From the NCBI GenBank assembly GCA_963777505.1, contig CAVZQN010000003.1:544001-608000 (forward strand): 64,000 nucleotides of DNA, given 5' to 3'. Source of the DNA: an uncultured bacterium. GTDB lineage: Bacteria; Acidobacteriota; HRBIN11; JAKEFK01. This document shows, piece after piece, positions 1-11,189 of this stretch; within the stretch, counting starts at the first letter, position 1; each line of letters begins with the position of its first letter. The notes under the pieces were generated by a model that was not told the DNA's origin, searched no databases, and saw nothing but the letters and a program-made list of their open reading frames with translations. Position numbers and translations under genes: made by a program.

Positions 1-624
1 CCTGAATCAGAAGAAGAACCAGAACCTCCAACCAGTGTACCGGCTGAAGAAGTAGAGCCTGAAGAAGAACCACCGGCTCCGCAGGTTGAGGAAGATATTC
101 CAGTTGAAGAACCGCCTCAGGAACAGGTTGAAGAACCACCTCAGCAGCAGGTTGAAGAACCACAAAGTCAGCGAGCTGTAGTTCCATCTGTCAGACCGCC
201 GGAAAATGAAAGAGGTGAAGAGGTTCCGCCCGATGCAGTAATTTCGTTCTCATCGCCAAATGTGAATCCGCAGGTGGGAACTGATGTCGTTCTCAATGTC
301 CAGGTCGAAGGTGCCGCAAAAGCGGGAAGTATTTCACTTTTCCTGAGCTTTGATCCTGCATCGGTTCAAATTAAAAACGTGATGCAAGGTCCATTTGTAA
401 CTCCGGGTGCATTTACCAAGAGTTTCGACAATGCGCGTGGAATTATTCAAATTAATGCAAGCCGAAGTCCAGGTACGCAGCCTACCGGAGTCGCTGCAAC
501 AATAGTTTTAAGTGGATTAAAGCCGGGCCAAACAACATTGAACCTAAATTCAGCAGTAGTTCGGGATTCAACTGCAAATGTGATTCCCGTGACATTTTTG
601 CCATATACGATTGAATTTCAATGA
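1..624 (+). CDS. C-terminal part of a probable type II secretion secretin (GspD-like) with Pro/Glu-rich linker and cohesin-like domain; 5'-truncated
   Basis: Frame 1 is open from base 1 (PESEEEPEPP...) to TGA at 624. The C-terminal ~120 aa (LSFDPASVQIKNV..G..TL.L.SAVVRD) resembles a cohesin beta-sandwich. It lies directly upstream of pseudopilins with an ATGA overlap. The secretin domain itself is outside the window. Confidence 0.65.
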   Translation, partial: PESEEEPEPPTSVPAEEVEPEEEPPAPQVEEDIPVEEPPQEQVEEPPQQQVEEPQSQRAVVPSVRPPENERGEEVPPDAVISFSSPNVNPQVGTDVVLNVQVEGAAKAGSISLFLSFDPASVQIKNVMQGPFVTPGAFTKSFDNARGIIQINASRSPGTQPTGVAATIVLSGLKPGQTTLNLNSAVVRDSTANVIPVTFLPYTIEFQ

Positions 625-1193
625 GAAAACATCTGCAAACGATGGTAGGGGCGGCCCTTGTGGCCGCCCGGGAAAAATTGCTTACGAGAATGCGGGCGAC
701 CACAAGGGTCGCCCCTACCAATCAGAAAGGGGTCACGTTTGTTGAACTTCTTGTAGTGTTGTCGGTTCTTGTCATTCTTTCTGCGCTTGCACTTCCTGTC
801 GCGAAATTTTCTGTTCGTAGACATAAGGAAATCGAGCTGAAGCAGAATCTCCGCATGATACGGAATGCGATTGATGCATATCACGAAGCTGGTGTTCCAT
901 CGACGCCTGGCGCAACTCCGAAAATTCAGGTGAAATTTGGAACAGATGGTTGGCCTCAGACTCTTGAGGCTCTTGTAGAAGGTGAAACACTCATCGGTGA
1001 TGCTACAGGAAAAAAGATCCGATTTTTGCGTCGTATCCCGCTTGATCCAATTACGAACAGTTATGAATGGGGATTACGCGCGAGCCAGGATGATAAAGAT
1101 TCAAAAAATTGGGGCGGTGAAAACGTTTGGGATGTATATTGCAACTCAGACGCAGTTAGTTTAGATGGAGTGTCAAAGTACAGCGAATGGTAG
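621..1193 (+). CDS. Type II secretion pseudopilin (GspG-like) with N-methylation motif
   Basis: Prepilin cleavage motif KG|VTFVELLVV followed by a hydrophobic helix; FLRRIPLDPIT motif. Confidence 0.85.
   Translation: MRKHLQTMVGAALVAAREKLLTRMRATTRVAPTNQKGVTFVELLVVLSVLVILSALALPVAKFSVRRHKEIELKQNLRMIRNAIDAYHEAGVPSTPGATPKIQVKFGTDGWPQTLEALVEGETLIGDATGKKIRFLRRIPLDPITNSYEWGLRASQDDKDSKNWGGENVWDVYCNSDAVSLDGVSKYSEW
643..720. repeat. GTAG-type REP doublet (inverted pair of palindromic units)
   Basis: TGGTAGGGGCGGCCCTTGTGGCCGCCCG (643-670) and CGGGCGACCACAAGGGTCGCCCCTACCA (693-720) are reverse complements with 2 mismatches. Each has a GTAG foot and an internal hairpin. Confidence 0.85.
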
Positions 1194-1200
1194 CAAAATT

Positions 1201-1611
1201 ATGAATCAAAAACTAAAACGAAATTCGGAGAGTGGTTATACACTCATCGAACTCTTAGTCGTTCTTGCAATTGTATCTTTGCTCGTCTCCATAGTACTGC
1301 CTCAGTATCGCTATGCACAGGATAAAGCGCGTGAAGCAGTTTTGCGAGAAAACTTGCAGCGCATGCGTGAAGTACTCGATCAATATTATCAAGACAAAGG
1401 AAAGTATCCCGAGTCTTTAGAGATTCTTGTCACTGAAGGATACTTCAGAAAAATGCCGATTGATCCGATTACACGAAGCGATGCAACGTGGCAGGTTATC
1501 TATGAAGATCCTGGAAACAATCCTGATCCCAACCAGACTCTAGGGGTTCAGGATGTTAAAAGCGGAGCTCAAGGTATTACCCTTGATGGTACGCCTTATA
1601 ACGAGTTATGA
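1201..1611 (+). CDS. Type II secretion pseudopilin (GspG-like)
   Basis: SG|YTLIELLVV prepilin motif; YPESLEILV..GY.RKMPIDPIT. ATG at 1201 is the likely start. Confidence 0.88.
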   Translation: MNQKLKRNSESGYTLIELLVVLAIVSLLVSIVLPQYRYAQDKAREAVLRENLQRMREVLDQYYQDKGKYPESLEILVTEGYFRKMPIDPITRSDATWQVIYEDPGNNPDPNQTLGVQDVKSGAQGITLDGTPYNEL

Positions 1612-2375
1612 CAATTTGTAAGATGACATTTCGGCGGTTTAATGAGCGCGGATTTACGTTGGCGGGAGCGCTTGCGATTATCGCGATTTTAGCCATATTT
1701 TGGGCATTGACTCTGCCGCTTTGGTCGCGGGTTAAACAACGAGATAACGAAGAAGAACTCATCTTCCGCGGCAGTGAGTATGTAGAAGCAATTGCAAGAT
1801 ACCATCAGAAGTTCGGAACATATCCGCCCGATCTTGAAACACTGGAAAAATTGAAATATATCAGGAAACTCTATCCGGATCCGATGACCGAAAGCGGTAA
1901 ATGGAAAGTCTTACATCCAGATGCACTGGCTCAAACCGGCGCAGCAGGTCAAATTAATTTGCCTGGCGGAAATACTAATAACAATAGCGGGAAACCCAAT
2001 CAGCAAAACGCCGATGATGATGAAGATGATGAAGATGAAGAAGATGATGATAATAACGGGAACCAACTTCCCGGTTTAGACAATGAAGAAGATGAGGATG
2101 AGGAAGAAGAAAAAGAAGTTGAAAGTGTTGGTCCGGTTGTTGGTGTAGTAAGCCGTAGCAAGAAAGAGAGTGTTAAAATCTATAACGGCCAGGCCAAATA
2201 TAATCAGTGGAAATTTGTCTACGCATTACAACAGCAACAACCACAACAACCGCCAGGTCAACAACCTCCAGCTCCACCGGGTGGCAAACCCCAAACAGGG
2301 GGACCTCGTGATAATCAGCCCCCGCCGAATCCTAATCCTCCTCCCGTTGACGATGATGACGATGATGAACGTTGA
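1608..2375 (+). CDS. Minor pseudopilin-like type II secretion protein with acidic and Pro/Gln-rich low-complexity segments
   Basis: RG|FTLAGALAII prepilin-like N-terminus lacking Glu5; YIRKLYPDPMT motif; Asp/Glu tracts. Confidence 0.75.
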   Translation: MTICKMTFRRFNERGFTLAGALAIIAILAIFWALTLPLWSRVKQRDNEEELIFRGSEYVEAIARYHQKFGTYPPDLETLEKLKYIRKLYPDPMTESGKWKVLHPDALAQTGAAGQINLPGGNTNNNSGKPNQQNADDDEDDEDEEDDDNNGNQLPGLDNEEDEDEEEEKEVESVGPVVGVVSRSKKESVKIYNGQAKYNQWKFVYALQQQQPQQPPGQQPPAPPGGKPQTGGPRDNQPPPNPNPPPVDDDDDDER

Positions 2376-2407
2376 GTTTAAAGGCTTCGTGACAAAATTC
2401 CGCTGCA

Positions 2408-3628
2408 ATGCTTAACCACTTGAAAGTAATCCTATCAATTGCGTTTTTCATATTTATCCAAATCGCTGATGCTGCGGATATTTACTATCCAGGAGCTGGA
2501 AATAATTGGCAGCGATACGCGCCAGAAAAAGCTGGATTTGATCCAGTGTTGCTAAAACAAGCCATCGATTTTGCAATTGCAAATGAATCTAAAGCTTCGC
2601 GCGACCTTGCAATCGCACACTACAGTCAAAGGCATGAGCCTCTAGGAGAGCCCGTTGGTCCTTTTAAAGAACGGGGTGACCTTACAGGAATTATTTTGCG
2701 GCATGGATACATTGTGGCTGAATGGGGTGACCCACATCGCGTTGATATGACATTCAGCGTAACGAAGAGTTTCGTTTCAACAACAGTTGGACTTGCCTTC
2801 GATCGTGGATTGATTCCGGATCTAAATCAACCTGTACGAGAACTGTTGGGGCCTATTTACCAACTGAACTCAGCGGCTTCAACTCAACCTGGCGACAAAA
2901 TTGGGAAATCAGAATTCATAAATCTTTTTGACACAGAACACAATAAAAAAATTACATGGGATCATTTGCTGCGGCAAACCAGCGATTGGGAAGGTACGTT
3001 GTGGGGAAAACCAGATTGGGCGGATCGCCCTTCAGAACAACCTGAGGAATGGTTAACAAGAAAGAGAAATGAGCCAGGCACCACATACAAATACAATGAT
3101 GTTCGCGTAAATGTTCTTGCTCTTGCGGCGTTAAACATTTGGAAGCGTCCACTGCCCGAAGTCTTGAAAGAGTATGTGATGGACCCTATTGAAGCTTCAC
3201 CCACCTGGCAATGGCATGGATATGAAAACTCCTGGGTGTTAATCTCCGGAAAAGCTGTTCAATCTGTAAGTGGCGGAGGACATTGGGGCGGAGGAATGCT
3301 GATTAATGCACGCGATATGGCTCGCTTTGGTTATTTAACACTTCGGCGAGGCAAATGGAAAAACCAACAGCTTCTTTCGGAAGCATGGGTCAAAATGGCA
3401 TTAACACCTACAACGCCAGAGCCAACTTATGGATTTATGAATTGGTTTCTTAATACTAATCAAAAGTTATATCCTTCAGCTCCTGCAACTTCGTTTGCTC
3501 ATCTTGGAAATGGAACCAATATGATCTATGTCGATCCGCAAAATGATCTTGTTGTCGTATGTAGATGGATCGCAAGAGATGCTGAGGATCCCTTCATAAA
3601 AAGAGTGCTGGCTGCAATTCGGAAGTGA
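2408..3628 (+). CDS. Secreted serine hydrolase, beta-lactamase class C/AmpC-like family
   Basis: Signal peptide; FSVTKS (SxxK); YKYND; ARDMARFGYL; HLGNG. Confidence 0.85.
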   Translation: MLNHLKVILSIAFFIFIQIADAADIYYPGAGNNWQRYAPEKAGFDPVLLKQAIDFAIANESKASRDLAIAHYSQRHEPLGEPVGPFKERGDLTGIILRHGYIVAEWGDPHRVDMTFSVTKSFVSTTVGLAFDRGLIPDLNQPVRELLGPIYQLNSAASTQPGDKIGKSEFINLFDTEHNKKITWDHLLRQTSDWEGTLWGKPDWADRPSEQPEEWLTRKRNEPGTTYKYNDVRVNVLALAALNIWKRPLPEVLKEYVMDPIEASPTWQWHGYENSWVLISGKAVQSVSGGGHWGGGMLINARDMARFGYLTLRRGKWKNQQLLSEAWVKMALTPTTPEPTYGFMNWFLNTNQKLYPSAPATSFAHLGNGTNMIYVDPQNDLVVVCRWIARDAEDPFIKRVLAAIRK

Positions 3629-3723
3629 TGCCGGATAAGTTTAAGAGGAATAAGGGCTTAAAGATACAATGTCTGCACTCGATTGTGTGTTCCTCTTTTG
3701 TTGAATTGCCCTATATTTAGTTC

Positions 3724-6700
3724 ATGAGGATGATCAAACGAATTGGGATGGTTTTGGGCATCCTCCTGGTTTTGGGCATCCTCCTCGTCTCGATTATTCA
3801 CATACCGGCTGTTCAGATGGTAGTGTGGTCAAAAATTCAAGACCATCTGCGGTCCGAATACAACGTTATCGTTGAGGCAGACAGTCTGAAGTTCAGTTTA
3901 TTTTCTGGACTTCAAGCAGAAATAAGAAAGCTAAAGATCTTAGGTGGTCCTCAAAATCAACAACAATTTGCAATTGCTGATATTGTGCGGGTTTACTCGC
4001 CTCTTTCTATCCTTTGGTCATCAGACAAAATTATAGAAAAAATCCAAATTGAGAATCCCGATGTAAATGCGGACTATCCTCCAAATCTAAGAGAGCAAGG
4101 AAAACAAGAAGATTCCGGAACGTTTGAAATCAAAGCAATTGAAATCTTAGGCGGGAAGGCCCGTTTTGCACAGTATCAAATTGATGAACTGCAATTGAAT
4201 TCTTCCCTGGAAGGGAATGCGCTTGTAATAAAAAATCTCATCGCAAAAGCATATGGCGCAACACTTCAAGCCAATGGGAGAATCAATGACATTGCAAATC
4301 TTCGTTATGATCTAAGTTTTAATCTAAATGGTGATGCTTCTGTTGTTAAGGCATTGGCGCCTGAAGCACCATCAGTAACAGGACCTATTGCAGCTTCCGG
4401 AAAAATCGGCGGTTCAAAAAGTGACATTGTCATTGAAGGGACTGCGCAATCATCCAACCTTCGTATGGAACAAAGTTCACCTTTTCAAGCGCAAGGACAA
4501 TATCGAATTAATATGGCTGAAAAGCTCCGGCCTTTTGATATTGAACTTCGCTGGTCTGATTTGCCGATCTCAGCATTTCAGAAATTTGTTCCTCAATTGC
4601 CATCAGTTGCCAGTTTTTCCAATGGCACGCTTCATTACAAGGGAGGCTCTGATCCTTTAGCTGCGGAAGGGACTATCACAACACAATTGAAGCCTGGTGG
4701 AACAGGTGTTTTACCCGTTGCAGGAAATATTCAGGGAAATCTAACAAATGGGTCATTGGTCTTGCGCGATAGCAATCTAGCATTCCATTCTTCCTCTGCG
4801 ACATTTTCAGGAACGGTTTATCAAAATTCTTTGAACATGGACGTTCAAGCGAAGATAGGGCGCATGTCTGATCTGGCAGTTTTTTCACCAGATCTGAGAA
4901 AGATTCCCGGATCGTATCGAGTAAACGCTGCAGTGAAAGGACCATTTAAAGATTTGTTCCTACAAGGTGTTGTGAATGGAGCCGGGTCAGGAATGAATCT
5001 CACGGCAAATGGATCGTTCCAAACCGGATCTGAATTAATCGATGCGACGGTTCGTGGAAACTTCGATGGGTCAGCGTTGCGAATAGTTTGATGTAGGCAA
5101 TGTGGCTGGCAATTTTGAATTGGATACTACGATTCGCGGTTCCGTTTCGAGCCCAAAGTTAGACGGAACATTGAATGGCAACAATGTGAACCTGAATGAT
5201 ATTGCTGTCGGCAGTGTCAATGCGGAATTTAATAGTGATGGCCGAACGCTCTATGCGAAAGCAGATATTCCTGAGTTCGCTTCAGTCGTGAATGGCTCAT
5301 ACGTTTGGAAGACCTCTGAGTTTCAACTAGATGCAACAGCTTCCGATCTGAACACAGAACAGATTAGGCCGTTGTTACCTGCGACGGCCAGCGAAGTTAC
5401 AGGAACAGTGAATGCCACACTTCATGCAGTTGGAAACGCGAAACGTTGGAGAAATGCGGATGCCGAACTAAAGATTGAATCTGCAAAACTGACTTGGAAT
5501 GATTTTCCAATCGAATTGGAATCCGGTTCCAGTGCACGAATGGAGCAAGGTGTTGTCACAGCAAATCTAAGTTCAAAAATTGGCAGCGGTAACGCAACGT
5601 TAAACGGAACGTATCGACTCTCTGACAATCAATACAAAGTCTCCGGCAATCTCGACAATATCAGGATCGATGAAATTCGCCCACTGGCGCCGCAAATTCC
5701 CCCAGATCTGAATGGGAATATTACAGCTTCCATAAACGCAACGGGAAATGCAAAAAATTGGAAAGATTCAGAAGCCGAAGTTCAATTTCAAGAAGCTTTC
5801 TTTACAAAAGAAAATCTGGAAATTCGTGTTCGCGAAAACAGCACGATGATATTGCGTGATCGTATGTTAAACGCCGATCTGAATGTAATTCTTCCAGAAG
5901 GGCAGTTCGTGGTGCAAGGGAAGCTTCCAATTGAAGGAACGAGCGGTGCTGATTTGAGGATCACAGGTCAGGCCGATCTAAAGATTGCGTCCATGTTTAC
6001 TCAGGAATTTGTTCTTTCTGGAAAATCAGATATTGATTTGCGGGTTCAGGGCAATCTGACAAAACCGCAAATTTCCGGTGACATTAAAGCAGAAAATTTT
6101 GTTGCACAGATGCCTTCACGTCAACTTGTGCTGCGTGGTGATTCATTGAACGCTCGTTTTTCGGGTGAAGAGATCCAACTCTCCCTCAACGGTGCATTGA
6201 ATGATTCGGGTTTGAAGGTTGAAGGCGTTGTTCCGTTAACTGAAGCCCGAGAAGGAAACATCAATATCAATCTGGATTCTTTTAACTTGCGAACACTGGC
6301 TCCTCAGTCTGATTTGAGCGGAACTATTTCAATTGCTGTACAAGCTCACGGGACTGGAATCAAACCCGAATTGTGGACAGCTGATGCAGAAATCAAACTT
6401 CAGGAAGTTCAACTTGATGAAACGCCGGTACAATCCAACGATAGTCTCAAAATACACCTCACTCAACAGCGCATTACGATTGAACCGTTTCAGTTGAAAG
6501 CAGGAGAATCTTTGAATCTCTCGATCGATGGAACTGCAGACTTTAAGAGTGAGTCTCTCCAGGCGAATATCAAGAGCGAAGTGGATCTACTTTTTCTCCG
6601 AAATCTCATTCAAGATTTCAATGGAAGCGGAAAACTTGTCGCAGAAGTTAAAGCAAGCGGTTCTATCAAGGATCCTCAAATGTCTGGCCTCATCACGCTC

Positions 6701-9700
6701 GATAACGGGATCATTCGAGTTCCGGGATATCCGTTCATACTCGAAACAATTCAACTCCGTGCTCCATTTGATTTGAATCGCGTCCGTATTGAAAAGCTTA
6801 CCGCACACATGGGAGGCGGTACGATTGAAGGTTCAGGTGGTTTTGATCTAAAGAATTTTCAGCCAGTTAATGCAAATATCACACTTACTGGAAGAAATGT
6901 TGGGATGAGATATCCAGACGACCTCCGTTCTCAATTGAATGCAGATATAAAGATCACTTCACAAGAACAGAATTTTTTGATATCCGGAAATGTTGATATT
7001 GTTCGTTCGACGTATCGCGAGGATATTGATTATCGAGACCGTCTTGTTAATTCACTCCTTTCGCAACGGAAACAACTTGCAACCGTAGCGAGCGCTCCTT
7101 CGCGCTTTAACCTTGATCTAGATGTGAAGACAGTATCGGACTTTAGTATGAATAATAATTTGGCCCGCGTCCGGGCGCTGGCTAATCTTGAAGTGCAAGG
7201 AAATGCTTCTCAGCCCCGAATACTTGGAAGACTTCAAATTAGAGATGGCAGTATTCTATTTTTCCGGGGAAATGAATTTATCGTTGAACGAGGAAATATC
7301 GATTTTTATGGCACGCGAAAGTTAAATCCTGTTTTTGACATTGTTCTTGTCGCTGTTATAGATAACCGGACTCCAGCCGAAACTTTCACAACTGTCGATC
7401 AATATGAAGTAGAAATCAGGGTTAATGGACCTCTGGATAATTTAGAAGATACTACGGTAAATTCATATCCCAGACTTGAAGAGCAGCAGATCTATTCATT
7501 GATCCTGACCGGTGGAACGAATTCGACACTTTCTCAAGCCGGCTCTAAACTATTTCAGCAAGAACTTGCATCGTATTTTGCGGGACAAATCTTCTTTGGC
7601 GCGCCTGAAAAACTAGCAGATGCTTTGGGTCTAACACGAGTAGAAATTCAGCCTGATTTTGTCTCTCCTGAAGAAGATCCATCTGCACGACTCGTTATTG
7701 GAAAAGATGTCACCAGTCAAATAGGGCTGGTTTATTCGATTTCACTATCAGACACTGAAGATCAAACATGGCTCATCAATTACAGGCTCGCGCGTAACTT
7801 CTCACTGCGATTCGTGGATCAAAGTAATGACCCGAATACTCTCGGGTTGCGTCATTCTCTCCGTTTTGGGCCTGGCGTTTCAGCGATAAGAACGCGCCGC
7901 CAAGGCGCTCGCCGGGAACCCAAAGAAATTGAAAAAGTGATCCTTGAAAATAATGTGCCTCTCCCTGATGCAGATGTCTTTAAAAAAATCGATGAGCTTG
8001 AAGGTATGAATTACTACTACTGGAGAGTGTTCGATGAAACGTTGGATCTAAAAGCATTTTTACAAGACAACGGTTATCTCTTTCCGGAAGTTATCGTTCA
8101 AGAAATTAGCTCCGGTGAGGAAAAAATTAATCTTAAGATACAAGTAAACGGCCGTGGAAAACGCACGATGGTCTTTAATGGTTACACACCATCAGGCGGA
8201 CGCCTTAAGAAATATCACGAATGGTGGAGAGAAGGTTTCTCCGAACAGGCTGTTCTAGAACAAATCCTTGACGATTTATATTTGGAGCTTTGGAAAGAAA
8301 ATTATCTACGTGCACAGATCGAACTTAAAACAGAAGGTTCCGCGGAAGACGCTATTCGACATGTCTTCTCAATCACTACTGGAACTCTGTATCAGAATGC
8401 GACCGTGCGATTTAACGGAGCAAATCTGTATGGTGCTGAGTTACTTCAGAAGGACCTCGAAGCACTGTATGGTTCGAAGTCACAAATGGTTATCGATGCT
8501 TTTCATAAATTTCGAATTTTCAAAGATAGCGTTGAGGCTTTATATGTTCAAAAAGGATTTATGGATATTAAAGCGGAAGAAGGTGGAGTTCTATTTCGGG
8601 AAGATGGTACAGCAGAACGCGAAGTCATCATACGTGAGAATCAACTTGCAAGAATCGAGGATCTGGAAGTTTCCAATGGACATGGTTTTCCTCCGGAATT
8701 ACTTGCCAGACTAAAATCCGTACCTGGAAATCCGTATTCGCCTCAAGCTATTAGCGAAGATTTATTAACTGTAACCGAGTTTTATGAGGCAAACGGTTAC
8801 CCTAATGTGGATGTAACCTCGGAATTAGTTCGTAAAGCCGGAGATCCCCGCCTGCTATTACGTTATGATCTTAAAACAGGGCGTCAGGTTCGTATCGGCG
8901 AAATTCGGATAACTGGAAACCACACAACACGACGCGGAGTAATTGAAAGACGTTTAACTTTTAGTGAAGGCGACCTTCTTGTTAAATCCAAGTTATTCGA
9001 ATCTCAACGTCTACTTTATAGAACGCATATTTTTCAACAAGTGCGAGTTGAAGGTGAGGAAAGCGATCAACCGGACGTATACAACGTCACTGTCGATGTG
9101 ACTGAGTCCAGGAAATACAGATTTACCTATGGTGTCAGATATGACTCAGAAAGTGATGTCGGCGGCGATTTTATTCTTGAAGATACACGGCTTTTTGGGA
9201 CCGCTCAAAGTGTCTCCTATTTCACTCGCGCAGATTCATTGTTTCAAGTAGCTGGTCTTACGTATTCAATTCCTTCAATTTGGTTTCCAAGACAGGGCGC
9301 ATATCCAGCAGGCTGGGATGTTCTTCTGTCTTTGCGTTATGAAAGAGAAGACGATGCCGAGGACATCTTCCGAACTCAACGCGCCATTTTCAGCCTTCAA
9401 AAACAGTTTGATTTAGTGGGTCCATTCATAGTTTTGGGCGAATATGGATATAAACGCATTTCAACGAAAGAGTTAAATCCGGATCCGGATAACCCATTTC
9501 CATTTGATCAAACTGATAAAATTTCCGAATTAACCGCCACAATTCTTGCGGATACGCGCGATGATCCGCTCAACGCGAAACGAGGATATTTCGTCTCACT
9601 CGAAAATGCTTTTGCTCCATCATTCTTGAAAGGAAACGTTATCTTTAGCCGCTTCTTCTACCAATTTTTCTATTTCAAATCGTTTGGAAATTTCGTTTGG

Positions 9701-10105
9701 GCAAATGGAATCAGGGTAGGTGTAGGGTTTCCGGAACTTGAACGGCTTATACGTGATGAACGATTTAGGGCAGGAGGAGCGACTACAGTACGAGGTTTCA
9801 AATTAGAGCAGCTAGGCCCAAGTCTTTTTGGGGAGCAATTGTTTGGAGATGCTGTACTGATTCTAAATCAGGAAATCCGCTTCCCTATTTACAAGTGGTT
9901 TGGTGGAGCGGCGTTTTATGATGGCGGGAACGTCTATGCAAAGGCAGAGGATTTAAGCTTCAGCGATATCCGGCATTCAGTTGGACTTGGATTGCGAATC
10001 AACACTCCTTTTGGTGTTGGACGTTTTGATCTGGGTTTCAACCTGGATCCACAATTTGATGAACCACGACAAGTGTTTCACTTTGGCATCGGCCAGGCGT
10101 TTTAA
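3724..10105 (+). CDS. Giant AsmA/TamB-like protein fused to POTRA domains and an Omp85 (BamA/TamA) barrel; split by one +1 frameshift near 5085
   Basis: ORFs 3724-5091 and 5102-10105 join if one base is removed near 5084 (...LRKFDVGNVAGNF). N-terminal anchor, TamB-like C-domain (RLVIGKDVTSQI...YRL), POTRA repeats (IRITGNHTTR), RAGGATTVRGF motif and C-terminal FHFGIGQAF. Confidence 0.8.
3749..3785 (+). repeat. Exact 18-bp tandem duplication in the membrane-anchor coding region
   Basis: TGGTTTTGGGCATCCTCC twice, encoding VLGILL-VLGILL. Confidence 0.85.
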
Positions 10106-10131
10106 CTCACCATAAGTATAAAGAAAAAAAT

Positions 10132-11184
10132 ATGGATTGGACGACTCTCGTACTGTGGATATTAATCGGAATTCTCGGTTTTCAAATTGTATATGCTCTC
10201 GTCAAAGTATTCTGGCGGATGCGATCTGAGTATCAACGGAGAAGTAAGAATGAACGGCCTAAAGTTCGAGTGGACCGGAATGGAATTTGGCGTGATCCTG
10301 GGGATGTTTCAAAACTAAATTTTTCCGATGGTCCCGGTGGGAGCAATGGTGCCCCAGCCGCGCCTTTCCGAATTTTAGAAGAACATGGAACAGGATCAAG
10401 CCCTAATGTTTCTGTTCAAGATGCGAAAGGCAGTCGATGGCGGGTGAAGTGGGGAGAAGAAGTTCGATCAGAAACCTTCGCTACCAGGGTTGTATGGGCG
10501 GCAGGATATTTCGTTGAAACAGCCTATTTTGTTCATGAAGGCAAAATTGAAGGCGCCTCTAATCTACAACGCGCCCAACAATATATTGATGAGAATGGCA
10601 ATTTTACGGATGCACGATTCGAATTAGACGAACAAGGCATTGTCAAACATTTTGATGAACATAGCTGGGCATGGAATGACAATCCGTTTCTTGGTACAAA
10701 AGAGCTCAATGGATTAAAAATTCTGATCATGTTTTTATCCAATTGGGACAACAAAGATGTTAGAGATGTTGCAAGGGGATCGAATACTGGAACCTTTCAT
10801 TACAAACTACCAGATGGAGCAGTCGAAGCACGATACTTGATTATTGATTGGGGAGCATCGATGGGAAAATGGGGTGACATTATGTTAAGAGGTAAATGGG
10901 ACCCGCAGGGTTACCTGAATGAAACTCCAAACTTCATCAAGGGAGTAGAAAATGAAATCGTGATCTGGGGTTATACCGGACAACGTACGAATGATGCTGT
11001 GCTAAACATCACCGTTGAGAATGTGAGATGGCTATATAGCTATCTGCGTCAAATAAAGGATTCCCAGTTTGAAGACGGATTACGGGCAAGTGGTGCTAAG
11101 GAAGAGGAGATTCCCATATTTGTGAAAGCGCTGCGGGCGCGGATCAATCAAATGGACAAAATAGTAAGGCAAGAGCCTAAGTAA
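10132..11184 (+). CDS. Membrane-anchored hypothetical protein, putative atypical kinase fold
   Basis: N-terminal TM helix; GTGSSP loop; WRVKW (Lys); NWDNKD...SN; IIDWG (DFG-like). Confidence 0.55.
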   Translation: MDWTTLVLWILIGILGFQIVYALVKVFWRMRSEYQRRSKNERPKVRVDRNGIWRDPGDVSKLNFSDGPGGSNGAPAAPFRILEEHGTGSSPNVSVQDAKGSRWRVKWGEEVRSETFATRVVWAAGYFVETAYFVHEGKIEGASNLQRAQQYIDENGNFTDARFELDEQGIVKHFDEHSWAWNDNPFLGTKELNGLKILIMFLSNWDNKDVRDVARGSNTGTFHYKLPDGAVEARYLIIDWGASMGKWGDIMLRGKWDPQGYLNETPNFIKGVENEIVIWGYTGQRTNDAVLNITVENVRWLYSYLRQIKDSQFEDGLRASGAKEEEIPIFVKALRARINQMDKIVRQEPK

Positions 11185-11189
11185 TTAAC

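Noticed and set aside
2000-2120. GAT/GAA trinucleotide-like repeat
   Set aside because: Explained by the poly-Asp/Glu coding tract; it is not an independent DNA element.
5075-5102. Programmed ribosomal frameshift in the TamB fusion
   Set aside because: No slippery heptamer, and identical +1 indels in unrelated genes point to sequencing error.
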